Below are positions 50,991 to 64,000 of a stretch of 64,000 bases of DNA, piece after piece. The notes under the pieces are model-generated. The model saw nothing but the letters and a program-made list of their open reading frames with translations. It was not told the DNA's origin and ran no database searches. The DNA is from Felis catus (taxonomy: Eukaryota): assembly GCF_018350175.1 (NCBI RefSeq), contig NC_058368.1, positions 162,938,001 to 163,002,000 of the forward strand, given 5' to 3'. The position numbers were made by a program, and so were the translations under genes. Position 1 is the stretch's first letter. The number at the start of each line of letters is the position of its first letter.

Positions 50991-53159
50991 AACCTATTTA
51001 ATTTCTAATTTCAAAAGAAAGATTGTATATGATCTGGTATAGTTCAAATAATGGAAGAAGTACGTTTTGTCAAAGATCACCTAGAAAACACCTATACTCA
51101 GCACAGGTAGATTTGTCACTAAAAGCAAGGAAGACTGCACACAATGGGGAAATGGGTATATCAAAAGTAGGGAACTAGGAAAGAATTTTATAGGGTTTGG
51201 GAGACTGGCATCAGAAATAGGATGGAGTAAGCAGGATCGATCAAGCTGAAAACTAGGGAATTACTAGAGCAGACAATGGTCTCCTCTTTCGAGAATCCCA
51301 GAGGAGTTACTCTTGACTCAGTCTGTCTATGGTCTTACTTTGTAACACATGGGTCTGAATAAACTGGTGCTATATCTATAATGGACACTATGGTTTCACT
51401 CATAAGCAAAACTTATCTGTTTTGCAAGGCATGGTGCAGTAACCTTTCAGAAGTTGTGGTTTCTGTTTCAATGCTCAGTTCCACTATCACCAACTAGCTA
51501 TCAGTAGGGTAATTTTTCACTGTAAACAGAATTGAGCCTTATAACCATGTAGTTTAAGCCTGCTGATTTTTCAATGGTAAGTCTTTAATTACACTTCTGA
51601 TCTCCTCTTTGGATATAGATATTGTACTTTCCAAAATATTAATGAAAGATGTAAATTAAGTGATTCCTGATGGTGTTAATGCTTCAGAAAGGCCTTTCCT
51701 GACTATCCTATCCAAAGTATCCCATTTCCTAAACCTAGGATTTGAGGTTCAAACATGAGCACATATTATGCCATTACTCAATTTTATTGTCTAGATAGCA
51801 TTTATCATCATTTGAAAGTTTCTTACTCATTTATCTGTCATCTGGAAAAGATCACAACAGACTCTCATGACTATAATCCTAGAACATCAACAGCACCTAC
51901 CACACATAGGTGCCCAATAAATATTTGTTGAGTGAATACAATATTCATGTAACTTAATAACTTACTGATTAGAAAGACTTACTGTAATGAGTTGACAATC
52001 TAATTATATATTTTATACAATCTTAAAATAGTTTTTAGAACTCAGCTATATTAGCAATGTTAACATTGAAAAGTATATGGGATATACATTTTGAAAATTT
52101 TTCCTTTTCTTTTTTTTGTAGCTACAAAGGATCCAGCGTAATTTGATAAGATCTCATGAAGTTATTTGGAAAAAATAATTTCTAGTTCATTAGATTAATC
52201 ATGAATATTTAAGAGATATGTTTACAATATTAAGTTATTTGAATCTAGAAACATCACCAAAATAAAATAATTTTCAACGCTCATGTGACTACAAAAGCAC
52301 AGTTAAGAATTTCTTCATTAGGAAATAAATATACTTTAATAGAACTAGTACTTATTAAAAATGGGAAATTCTAGATGGCTTTTAAAATCTACATCAAAAG
52401 AGAAACAAAATATGAAATTATACAGCTGTCAATTTTTCATTTTTTAATTTTTTTTTCATGGGCTGAGGAGAGTAAAAAGGAAGCAAGCTTTCCTTTCTGT
52501 CACTTTCTCTCTTTTTTTTTAATTGAACTTTAGTTGACACACAGAGTTATATTAGTTTCAGATGTACAACACAGCAAGTCAACATTTCTGTATACTACGC
52601 AATGCCTGTAATAATTTTATAAGGTGACAGGTGGTAACTATACTTCACTTTTTCTCTTAACTCACAAATTAATTTTCAAATTAGAATTAGTTATCCAAAG
52701 GAGGAAGAATGTTCTTCCCAGACTTTCAGAATAAGTTACATTTTTTACTATAATTTAAAAATTTTCTGGTGAATCTTAGTATTTATATCCCTCCAGTTCA
52801 CTAATGTATATATCTTTTAAATTAATATTAGCAAACTTTGTGCAAAGATGGCCCTGAATTTATTATAATTATTAATGTCTAGATAACATTGCTAGAAATC
52901 ACTTTTTTGAATAGTTGAGGATTGGTAACAGTTACTGAGAATCTTAAGAACATGAATTGGTAACACAATATGTTGTATATGACCTAAGTATAAAATCTTC
53001 TCCGAAAAGGTTTAATCATTTTTTTTCTTAAATATTACATAATTAAAGGTTAGGCCATCTATGCTTCAAAGATATTTCAAATCTATCTATATACATATAG
53101 AAGCACAGGCTTTAAAAATCTGTTTTTAATAATTATTAAGTGAGCCAGATGCAAATTTT

Positions 53160-53345
53160 AAAGTTTATTTATTTTGAGAGAGGAAAAAGTGCTAGCTGGG
53201 GAGGGGCAGAGAGAGAGGAGATAGTGAGAATACTAAGCAGGGTCTGCACTGAGCACAGAGCTGGATGTGGGTCAGGAAAGGAATCTAAGATCATAACCTA
53301 AGCCTAAGTCCAATACTTAACCAACTGAGCCACCCCAGGGGCCCC
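53160..53345 (-). mobile_element. Old Can-SINE
   Basis: Diverged reverse SINE, TSD tgcaaattttaaag. Confidence 0.8.
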
Positions 53346-53759
53346 TGCAAATTTTAAAGGAGAATTGCTGTTCTGAGGCGTTACTTTTATTTGATGCACT
53401 CTGACTGCTATCATCAGTTTCATGGCAGCATATTGTTTTGTATGTTGAACAGGAGTATACTGTAGCCACAATCAGAATCATTAACCTTCTATTATGACAA
53501 TTTATACGTTTCTACCACTTAACTCAGCTAATTGAAATTAGCATACTTTTTCTTCAATACCATTTGCCTATAAAATTTGCAAAAGTAATTAGTCACATTC
53601 AGGTAGTTCTTATTTTTTGACTACTTAAAATTCCTAAAGAAGATGGAACATGAAGATCATTAACATGTAGGCTATACCCTCTTTCCATTTTACATGTAAT
53701 TATAAAACACATTTTCTATGGTGTTTTGCCAGTAAAGTGACTTCACTTCATTTAAAAAA

Positions 53760-54120
53760 GGAGGGGGAGCCTGCCTGGGATTCTCTCTCCCTCTCTCTTT
53801 GCCCCTCCCCCACTTGCACAAGAGCAAGCTTGCATACTCCCTCTCTCTGAAAATAAATAGCATTTAAATTTTTTTTTAATTGGGGCGCCTGGGTGGCTCA
53901 GTCAGTTGAGCGTCCGACTTCGGCTCAGGTCATGATCTCGCTGTTTGTGGGTTTGTGGGTTCAAGCCCCACCCCGGCTCTGTGCTGACAGCTCAGAGCCT
54001 GGAACCTGCTTCGGATTCTGTGTCTCCTTCTCTCTCTGCCCGTCCCCCACTTATGCTCTGTCTCTCTGTCTCTCAAAAATAAATAAACGTAAAAAAATTT
54101 GTTTTAATTTTAAAACTTTT
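53760..54120 (+). mobile_element. Tandem Can-SINEs (3' half-copy, then a full copy from 53882)
   Basis: ggagcctgcctgggattctctctccc...aaaataaa followed directly by ggggcgcctgggtggctcag. Confidence 0.88.
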
Positions 54121-54851
54121 TAAATTAAAAAAAAGTATTCATAAATGATCTTTTCCACCACACCCAATTAAAAATATCACTATGGCAAGGAATTTTGTTG
54201 GTTTACCTGCCTAGTATTTCTGCTCCCTTTTGTGATAACAGCATGGAATTTTCTCCCATGTGTCCTGATTTGGACCGTTCCACAGCACTCCTTCCTTGCT
54301 TCAGGGTGGCCCTATTATCAAAGCTTGCCCATGGCATTTCACAGGACTCAAGCAGGAGCAGTAAGTCTTCTCTGAAGTGGATCTAGAGATATTAAGACTT
54401 TTCCCACTGAAACGCTACCTGGCTGGATGTGAATTTGAGCTGGCAACAATCTTCTTCCCTGCCATAATGGAAAAGCCTATTTCTGGAATAAAACCAACTC
54501 GCAGGTGAAACAGGAATGGAGACAGAAAGAAAGAATTCTGATACGATTATTGAAATCTCTTATATCTGAAGCATGTCCCTTCAACCCCAGTAATGTGTGC
54601 CAATGAATCTTTTTGTTTTTGCTTTCTTTAAGTAGTTTGATTTGTGCTTTTATCATTTACAACTTAGTGATTCATGACTAATACAGCTTTCTATCCTTAA
54701 ACACAGTATAGATACCAAATTCTCTAGCAAAATCCTTAATTATATTTGAGTTCCGTCTGTAGATTCCACTTTTTTATATTTGAATATTTTTAGAATTCAT
54801 GTGCTACTAACAGTGTGGAGTAACTAAGCTGGCAAAGTTTTATATCCATAC

Positions 54852-55148
54852 TGTGGTAGGGTCCCCTCCCTAAGGAAAGAGAAAAAAAGGGAGGGAAAAC
54901 TTCAAGGTAACCTGGCTATGTGCCTACGTGACAACATCCCTCATGACCTTGTAAACCGAGACTACTTAATCAGACTGCATGTTTATGTGTGTTACCATAT
55001 ATGGGAGACAAAGAAATAGAAAATGTATAAAAAACTATGCCACGTGATGTTTGGTGCTCAGTTCTTTGGGTACAAACCCAACTGAGTGGTCCTGGAAATT
55101 AAAAAGCCTTGGCGTCACAACTCTCTGTGCGAGAATCCTGCTGCAACA
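54852..55148 (+). mobile_element. Short solo LTR (probably carnivore ERV1)
   Basis: TG...CA termini with imperfect inverted ends (tgtggtag / ctgcaaca), near-TSD atac/ctac, TATAAAA at ~55026, ATTAAA at ~55098. Confidence 0.65.
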
Positions 55149-56169
55149 CTACTGTAAATTATAAAGAAAAAAATATATATTATCCTTAATGTTTAACTAG
55201 TTTGCTATTGTTCTTAATTTTGTCCCTAGTGTGCACTATTTTGTTCTGTTTAGAGTAACCAGTTGCTATCTTACTATTTGTTTTTGTTGTACTGAATCTT
55301 CTGTTACAACTTCTCTGTCATTAGATTTTGTCCACGTTTTCCTACCCAGATCTTCACGATGTAGACAAATACCAAATTCTTGAAAACCTTCTTCTTCTAC
55401 TTATCTCCTTCCAAGTAGAACTTCCAGTCTTTTATCTGGGTCTTTTCATCTCCATGGAATCCTTAAACCAGGTTGGGCAGGACTACATCACACCAAGCAG
55501 GGAAGAGGAAGTGGGAAGCAGTGGGTCTACGTCATTGGCAGTGGAGGATTTAAGCTCCCTAAAGCCCAATCTGAGGAAGAATGAAAAGACAGTTGCTGGC
55601 TGGTTCCCCCTCCTGAGCTTTCTGGGGGGAACAAATGTTCACAATCAGATCTGACACAGTTAAACCTCCCTACCTGATTGTAGTTGGTATGCCTTACTGC
55701 ATGAGTAAGTGTTGTGGAGAGATGGGGTGTGAATTATCTCCCAGAAGAAAGGACAAAGGGCTAAGCACAACTCCTGATTAAATGCACAGAGTCTGCCAGG
55801 TTGTATCTCCTGGGCAAGGAAAACAACAGGCCAACAGGGGCTGCCCAGCTCTTATTTTCAAAACAAGATCATTAAGAATGTTTACGGAATGTCCAGTATG
55901 CGCTGTTTTAAGTAGTCTACATACTATGCCCTAATCCAAATAATATTGTACCTTATAACAAATTATTTGGGCAAACTGTGGAACCTAAAGATTAACATAG
56001 TTCTTATTTAGCCTGCCACAGGAATGCCGGTGCAAGCAAAGTAAATTTATGGCATGCTTAATGTTCCTCATTAGGACTGAGAAAAGAATAATACGAGATT
56101 TTACCAAGTCCTCTTACGTTTCAGAATTTTCATTATACTGCAAATTGTGCCTCAGGGGAATAACCTGTT

Positions 56170-56193
56170 CTTTTTTTTTTTTTTTAAGTTTGT

Positions 56194-56232
<39 letters not shown>

Positions 56233-56438
56233 GAGAGAGAGAGAGACAGACAGAGAGAACAGGAGAGGGGCAGAAAGAGAGAAAGAGAGAAAGAGAGATA
56301 ATTCCAGTCAGGTTCCATGCAGGCTCCATGCTGTCAGTGCAGAGCCCAACTCAGGGCTCATTCTTGCAAACTGTGAGATCATGACCTGAACCAAAATCAA
56401 GAGTCAGACACTTAACCAACTGAGCCACCCAGGAGCCC
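56170..56438 (-). mobile_element. Can-SINE
   Basis: Reverse SINE, TSD ggggaataac/agggaataac. Confidence 0.88.
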
Positions 56439-56537
56439 AGGGAATAACTTTGATGAGGCTGTTTTTGCTTATGTTTTTACTGTTTTGTGTTTTCAAAGCA
56501 CAAGTCTGCAGAACAGGAATCAAGAACACTTGTAGGA

Positions 56538-56758
56538 GGGGCACCTGGGTGGCTCAGTTGGTTAATCGTCCGACTTCGGCTCAGGTCATGATCTCACAGT
56601 CCGTGAGTTCGAGCCTCACGTCGGGCTCTGTGCTGACAGCTCAGAGCCTGGAGTCTTCTTCAGATTCTGTGTCTCCCGCTCTCTCTGACCCTCCCCCATT
56701 CATGCTCTCTCTCTGTCTCAAAAATAAATAAACATTAAAAAAAATTAAAAAAAAAAAA
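56538..56758 (+). mobile_element. Can-SINE
   Basis: Full SINE, TSD aacacttgtagga. Confidence 0.92.
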
Positions 56759-56947
56759 ACACTTGTAGGAGGTTAAGTGAGATACACAGATGAAGCCTTA
56801 TGAACTCATTGACATATCTGGCCTAACTGCGATAAAGAGAAGAGATAAAGCTGAAATAGGCATCATGGATCATGAACTAAGAATAAAAAACAGGAAAGAC
56901 TACCTAGAATACCACAAAAGAAAGTAAAAATAAAACCACAACAAATG

Positions 56948-57011
56948 TATACTTTTAATACCCCTTAAATTGAAATTCATATACTTTTAATACCCCTTAA
57001 ATTGAAATTCA
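56948..57011. repeat. Perfect 32-bp tandem duplication
   Basis: tatacttttaataccccttaaattgaaattca x2. Confidence 0.95.
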
Positions 57012-57359
57012 ACATGGAGAATTTCACCTAGATGTTTCTGAAATTATAATATAACTTCCATATCTTCCATTTATCAAAGTATTTATTAGTATGGCACTTA
57101 CCACCTAGAACCTACATTCTTTGCACAGATAATAGTTGCTGGGCCACTGGAAAACTAAATGCACAATCCCTGCAGAAAAGAAAAACAATAGGTGATAGAA
57201 AGAGATAACATAAAGGTAAAGAAAAAACTGTCTGGCTCTATATATCTGATTCAATTGAATGAATAAGAAGCAGAGTTTTGACAGTTGAGGTTGTGCTTAC
57301 ATACAAGACACAAGTTAGCTACTTTCCTGAAAATAACTGGCCAATTCAATCAAATGTTT

Positions 57360-57588
57360 ATTTTTATTTTATTTTATTTTTTAATGTTTATTTATCATTT
57401 TGAGAGAGAGACAGAACGCAAGCGGGGGGGGGGGGGGGGAGCAGAGAGAGAGAGAGACAGAATCTGAAGCAGGCTCCAGGCTCTGAGCTGTCAGCACAGA
57501 GCCCAACACGGGACTTGAACCCACAAACCTCAAGATCATGACCTGAGTTAAGTCAGATGCTTAACTGACTGAGCCACCCAGGAGCCCC
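57360..57588 (-). mobile_element. Can-SINE
   Basis: Reverse SINE with a long G run. Confidence 0.9.
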
Positions 57589-59644
57589 TGGTTAATTTAC
57601 TTTTAAAAGAAAGATTTCCCAATTGTAAGGTTGAACTAGTTGCTTGTTCAGCTGAACTGACAGACAATTTTAGTTAAAAATAATCAAATCAGAACAACAT
57701 GTATCTGGATAAAGTTGTTCAAACTGTTTTATAATCTTAGCACTTCACCCATGCTCTTAGGACAATGGCTAAAATGGTTGGTTCCCTGTAAATGCTCATT
57801 GAATATTGGCACAAAGACTTCATGTTTCATCAAACAGTAACAAGATCAATTCCAAATATTAGTGAAGAAAAAACATCAAAATTATTTTAAGTTGCATAAT
57901 ATAATAGACCAAACTTAATTGTAGTGCCATATTTATAATATTTAAATAGTTTCAAAATAGTAAGCACTTAATTATCTTAATTATCTCATTCTTAATCACT
58001 TTGAGAATGAGAGACAAATTATTAAAGGGCATTTTCAGTAACTAGACTAGGAGTCTCTATAAAATGAGTACACATGTGTCATGTCTAATAGGAATTGCTG
58101 GTGAAACAGTTCCATTCACGATGAGCTTACACCCAGCTAGTGCTTGAGAAAGTGCTGCATACCCTTATTACCTAGTCTGCCTGGTTTACACTATCTTAAG
58201 GTTTTTTAGCACTTTCATGTGTGACTTTTGGAAAGAACAAGAAAGCGATATTTATACCAAGAAACGTTAATATCTTAAATTTTATAACATATCACTTTAA
58301 TAAATTTGAAGTAAATTATAGCTGTATAATTTATAACTTGGTATTAATGTCCAATCTTTCTTTCCTCAAAAAAAAAAAAAAAAGGCTTCAGTTATGAAAG
58401 GTTAGAGAACTGACTTTGCCCTGCTCTTGGTATACATCCAAGTTCTTTTTATCTTTTGTTCTGTCTTTGAAACATGGTGCCCTCTTCTGGAGAATCAAAA
58501 CTACATCATGCCATTTCCTGAGTCATTTTCTTCCTATCAATACGGAGAAATTCCAGTCTGTCAGCAACCAGTCAGAGTTTAGGTTATTTGCTCAAACCAC
58601 AGAGAGTTTACCAATTGTCCACGAATTTCTTTATCTGTTTCTGTCACTGTTACACAAATCTGTAGAATTAAGAACTTTTCTTTAGATAAAAATTATCCTA
58701 CTCAACCCATTGAGCCTGATGCCCCTCCTCTGTCACTGGCAGAAAAAGCAGATGATGATTCTGATGGCCAAGCAGGTATAAATAAAAGGAAAAGTCATAT
58801 TTAGCAAGATAAATTTAAACATAAAGCTTTAAGAACATGCTGATTACATCTAAAACACTGCACTATAAAATACGTGCAGAAAACTCAATCCCTTCAGCGG
58901 CATCATCTTTATTGCACACTGACTTGTAGAATTTAAATAACCACAAACTCTGGGGCTAAGGAAGCAAAATAGGGATCACTATGGATCTATATTGTGTGGA
59001 GAACATGGTTTGAGTGAGTTAAAGGAAGTGGAGATAAGAGAGTCAGACCTGAACCTCTGAATGACTTTCGTTAAACCACTTAACTTCAACATACATCAGT
59101 TTCCTAATTTTTAAGCTGTGGAAAGCAAGTTTTGCCTCTTACATCATCAGAATGTTGTAAGGGTGCTGCAGTGAAATGTACATTGACTTCCTTTGAGTGA
59201 AGAAATTTGTAAAACATAAATTCTTTAGGTTACAAACCCCTTTCCACCAGAAGAGCTGAAACAGGATATAGTTGTGACTAAGCCACAGTTTTTAAGAGCA
59301 GAGACCACCAAGGTAGTCACACAGAAAGCATACATCTATAGCCTATTAGTAGCCATTTCTTGTTTTTATACAGAATTTTTACCACAAAATAGACACGAGT
59401 TTATTATATAAATAGGGTAAAGGTTTATGACTAAAATCTCCTATAATTTGTAGATACTGTGCTTAATATATGCTTAATGGAAATTTTGTTCTGTAGTAAT
59501 TATTCTCTGAAAAAGCTTAAAATTGCATCTTTATATTTAGCAATTTTGAGTTGAATCAAAACTGTACTAAGTAATTTATTATGTAAATTGATGTAGTGTA
59601 TAGGAAAGAAATATTCTAAAAATTAATAATACTAAGTTTCTATT

Positions 59645-59859
59645 TTTTAATTTTTTTTTAATGTTTATTTTTGAAAGAGAGAGAGACAGAGCACAGCAGG
59701 GGAGGGGCAGAGAGAGAGAGGGAGACACAGAATCTGAAGCAGTCTCCAGGCTCTGAGGTGTCAGCACAGAGCCCAATGAAGGGTTCAAACTCATGAACGG
59801 TGAGATCATGACCTGAGCCAAAGTCAGATGCTTAACCAACTGAGCCACCCAGGCACCCC
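59645..59859 (-). mobile_element. Can-SINE
   Basis: Reverse SINE body. Confidence 0.9.
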
Positions 59860-60517
59860 ATAATATTAAATTTCTTAATATGCTCTATATGTTTGACATC
59901 AGTCTATAAAATTAAGCACAGGCAATATATTCAATAGTTGAAACAAGATATTTTTAAACAAGATGAGAAACAATTTAGCTCTTGAATACTCAAGGCCACA
60001 GTGGGAATGACATCATGATCTTGGCTCGTACTGCTCTTTAGGGACCCATGCTGCTAGGAGACAGGAGAAACCTAAAGTTTGCCAACCATTTGGGATGACC
60101 ATTCTCAATTAAGAATAAAAACAGTTCCTGGTTGCAGCCAGTCTTAGAAAAACAACAGCTGGCCACTGATAAGAGTATGTCCAGACCCAGGGATGGCTTT
60201 CCAAAGACTTAATTAAGTTAATGATTTTCTCTCTCAAGTTCAGTATACGAAAGAATTTTGTGTGTCTTCCCCTTGGAAAGTGTTTAATCTGATTTATAAA
60301 ACCCATCAAATAGTTAAAAGAGCTTCTGGTATAGAGTGGAGAATAACAAATGCTTTCATTCTTCAAAGATACTCTCTAAAATGTATTTTTCATAGCTCCT
60401 GGTAGAAAAACTATGACATGGTTCCAAATGAACAAATTCCTTGATCTTTTCTACACTTAAATATTTCTGTCTTATATGTGTAATTGAGCGTATGTGTCCA
60501 TTAAAAAAATATTCTCA

Positions 60518-60710
60518 GGGTGCCTGGGTGGCTCAGTTGGTTAAGCGTCCAACTTTGGCTCAGGTCATGATCTCGTGAGTTTGTGAGTTTGAGCCCCACA
60601 TCAGACTCTGTGCTGAGAGCTCAGAGCCTGGAACCTGCTTCAGACTCTGTGTCTCCATGTCTCTGTGTCCACTCCCTCAACAATAAACATTAAAAAAAAA
60701 TTAAAAATAT
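60518..60710 (+). mobile_element. Can-SINE
   Basis: gggtgcctgggtggctcagttggttaagcg head and A tail. Confidence 0.9.
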
Positions 60711-62279
60711 ACATTCTCTGTACATTGTATCAAAGAGCTTTTGTTAATTGAGTCAAAGAAGTACATTGATATAAACTATATTTCTAGCTCTTAACATTGC
60801 TATTTTAGAATACCTTAAAGCCCTCTTTTTTTTTGACAATTTTTTAAAAACATACTTTTTACCCTCAAATTACATTCAGCTTCTTTTGGTAAGTACTAAA
60901 AGTATGTAGTGCCTTGCATGCTATAGTAAATGTTCATATTCAAACTGGTTCTACTAAATTAATGGAAAATACTGAGTTTTCAAAGTATTTTAAGAATCTT
61001 TCTTATAATGTGCAAAGGAAAACTTTATCCCTTTTCTAAATTTACATAGGGCTCTCCTGCAATTACACGTTTGAGATGAAATACAAATTTTATGTAAATA
61101 AATTATTTTCAGGTTATTAATTTGGGAGAACAAATATATCTACAAATAAACCATTATTTGTACAATGCCATTTCTTCTTTCATGCTTTTTATTTGTTGTT
61201 TTTATTTTTATATACTGTTACCATCATTCCCATAATACATGTGAACTCCTGGTAGCTAGGAGCTATGCCTCATATTCATCTTTGCAACTGTTGGGCTTCT
61301 TATTGTGTCTGGCATGTGTTAATTGCTGAATCAAAATTCAAGGATAAATAAATAAGCAACCAGAGACCTACATAACCATTTCCCCATATATTCATTTTAT
61401 ATATTTATAATACTACTAACACTGAAAATGAAAACAAAAGTTTGTATTTTGAAGCATAAGAGTTTCTTGCTTTCTCAGTATTCTAGTCTAACTTATCACT
61501 TTACCTTTGAGAAAACAATGGTTTTTTATTATGTAGTGTCTGGAATTTACCCATGATTATATAACATGTTTTCCCCTCCTCCTTCTTCTTTTAATACTAT
61601 GTGGCACAAAAAAGGAACTATAGACATGATCGAGATGTTAGCTAATGCTAATATAGTCATCATTTCATAATATATGAATCTATCAAATCAACACATTGCA
61701 TACCTTAAACTTACACAATATTATACATTGGTACATCTCAATAAATCTGGGAAAAGAAGAAAATATCACTCTTCAAATTTATAGAAATAGAAAGTGGAAT
61801 AGAGGTAACCAGGGGTTGGGGAGAGGAGGAGGTGAGGAGTTAATATTTAATGGGTACAGGTATCAGTTAAGGAATGAAGAAAAGTTCTGGAGATGGACAG
61901 TGATGATAATTGCACAAAAGGATGACTGTACTTGATGCAGCTGAACTGTATACTTACAAATAGCTAAAATGGTAAATTTCATGTTATGTGTCTTTTACAA
62001 TAGAAAATTTATCTGTGTAATATATTTTAAAAAAGAAAATAGTATGCCAAAATATTTCATTTTATACATTTAATTATTTTTCAGAATTTTCTTACCTTGA
62101 GCTCATAAACTACCACACAGAAATAAGATTCAGAATAAAATAAGAATGTCTAAATAAAAAATAGGATAAAAATTGGCATGCTGCAATTCTTTCAAATCCA
62201 ATGTAGATTTTATAAGTGTTTCTTTCCATATTTGCACTAGGTGGAGCCATTTGCTTAAACTGTTCGTAGGAAAATTAGG

Positions 62280-63070
62280 AAAGTATAGGCTTAATTTTAT
62301 ATGAAACTGCCAAAATGTTTTTCCATAATAACCATACCATTTTGCATTCCCTCCAACAATATATGAAAGTTCCGGCTGTTCTGTATTGTTAGCACCTGGC
62401 TACTCTTTTCAGTCACTCTAGTGGCTGTACAGTATATCTCACCGTAATTTCAGTGTGCTTTTCTTTAATGACTAATGATGTTGAGCATTTTTTAATGTGC
62501 TTATTTGACCGATTTATATCTTTTTTGCTGAAGTGTCTATTCAAATTTTTTGCCCAATGTTTATTAGGTTGTTTGTTTTCTTGGTGTTTAGTTGTGATAG
62601 TTCTTTATATCACCATCCAGCAACCTCGTATCTTTCCATTTAAACAAGATAAATGAAAACATATGTCCACACAAAGGTCAGTATATACATTTCACAGCAG
62701 CTTTGTTTACATTTACCAAAATGAAAACAACCTGGCCACTGGTGGATGAACCACTCCTACATGCAACAACACAGATGAAACTTAAAAGTGAAAGAAGCTA
62801 GAGAGAGAACCCAGACACAAAAGCCTACATCCAGTATGCTTCCATTCATATAATATTCTTTCAAAAGAAAAACTATGGAAACAGAAATTGGATCAGTAGT
62901 TGCCAGGAGCTGGGAGAGAGGTAAAAGGACTAAATGCAAAGGGGCACTAGTAAATCTTTTGGAGAGATTAAAGTACCACACATCTTGTTTTTAGTAATGG
63001 TTATATGATTAGGGACATTTGTTACAAGTCATTGAATAGACACCTAGAAATGCTGATTTTTACTGTTCAT
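62280..63070 (+). mobile_element. Old L1 with inverted 5' segment (62280-62610 minus, 62611-63070 plus)
   Basis: Minus-strand ORF2 tail text abuts plus-strand text that continues the L1 3' end. Confidence 0.7.
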
Positions 63071-64000
63071 GTCATTGTCTGCTTGTCAAGTTTTATTTTC
63101 TTAATATTAAATATTTTCATATTCAATTAACCTGACTCAGAAAAATTGCCCATGAAAAAGCCCTGAAGAATTCTGGCAGGTTTTGTTAAAATCTCCATTA
63201 ACAGACAAATTGTAACTTCGATTTCTCTGTGCTACCATATTTTAAAACTGTGCATTGATACTTTTGAATAAAAATGTATTTAAGAGGCTCAAAGACACTA
63301 ATTTGATAGAGATGATTTTTTTTTAAATAATGAATAGTCCAAATATAAACTGGGAAATAGAATAATAGAACATCCTGGTAATCTATTCAAATCAAGTAAC
63401 AAAGTATGTTGTTTTTTTTCATAACTGAATACTCTCTTTCAGATATATGTAAAAATTATTTTACTATTAAATGTGAGAAATCAAGTATTTTATTAGGCAG
63501 AAGAACATTCTGATATATAAACATACATATGTAAATTGTATATTTCTCTTAAGTCTAAAAATATCATCATCTACTCAAAAGTGTCTTAATAAATATATTT
63601 AGTTCTAACTTTAGTATTACAGCCCGATATCTCATAGTAAAATAAATCTCATCTTTAAAGATATTCTATAGAAATCTCCACCTGTATTTCATTTGGAGCA
63701 ATTAGACCTGGGTTTCCTGGAGGGATGACATCTAATATGTCTGAAAAAAACTCATGTTTTGTCACTTTTAAAAATATATTCGGTGAAATCTCATATTTAG
63801 TTCATGTGGTGAGAAAATTCAGAATTCCATAGCCTATGAGGTGGCCAAGAAGACAGGTTGGCAGAAAAGCCTCAACAATATGACAATATAAAAATAGTTT
63901 TCAGTGAATTTGGCCTTAGGAATTGTAATAGAATTGTAGTCTTTAGCTCCCTAGAGGAAAAAAACTGGATCATAAAGTAGGGTCATAGTTAAAAAGTAAC

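Noticed and set aside
55328..55654. 108-aa ORF as a possible processed pseudogene
   Set aside because: No recognisable protein in the frames I translated on either strand, and no poly(A) tail or TSD.

Overview
Mammalian, AT-rich, repeat-dense genomic DNA from a felid, judged by about 24 tRNA-derived Can-SINEs of SINEC_Fc type and carnivore-type L1s. The left 24.3 kb holds the 5' part of SLCO6A1 (OATP6A1, testis-type organic anion transporter) on the minus strand. Six coding exons (24295-23971, 14266-14006, 12617-12432, 10879-10783, 7220-7099, 6279-6170) splice into an uninterrupted 367-codon frame, and exon 7 onward lies left of the window. Intron 3 uses a non-canonical GC donor. Exon 1 sits in a CpG island whose upstream edge carries CRE-like, MYB-like, E-box, G4 and CTCF-like motifs. 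Intron 1 contains a decayed, nested ERVL provirus and a TSD-flanked L1, both in the gene's sense orientation. The remaining ~40 kb is gene-free upstream DNA made of SINE, L1, L2/MIR, LTR and DNA-transposon relics and microsatellites, with one strong CTCF motif at 33065-33083. I found no evidence of a novel multi-gene system. Repeat family names come from recalled consensus similarity, not from a database search.
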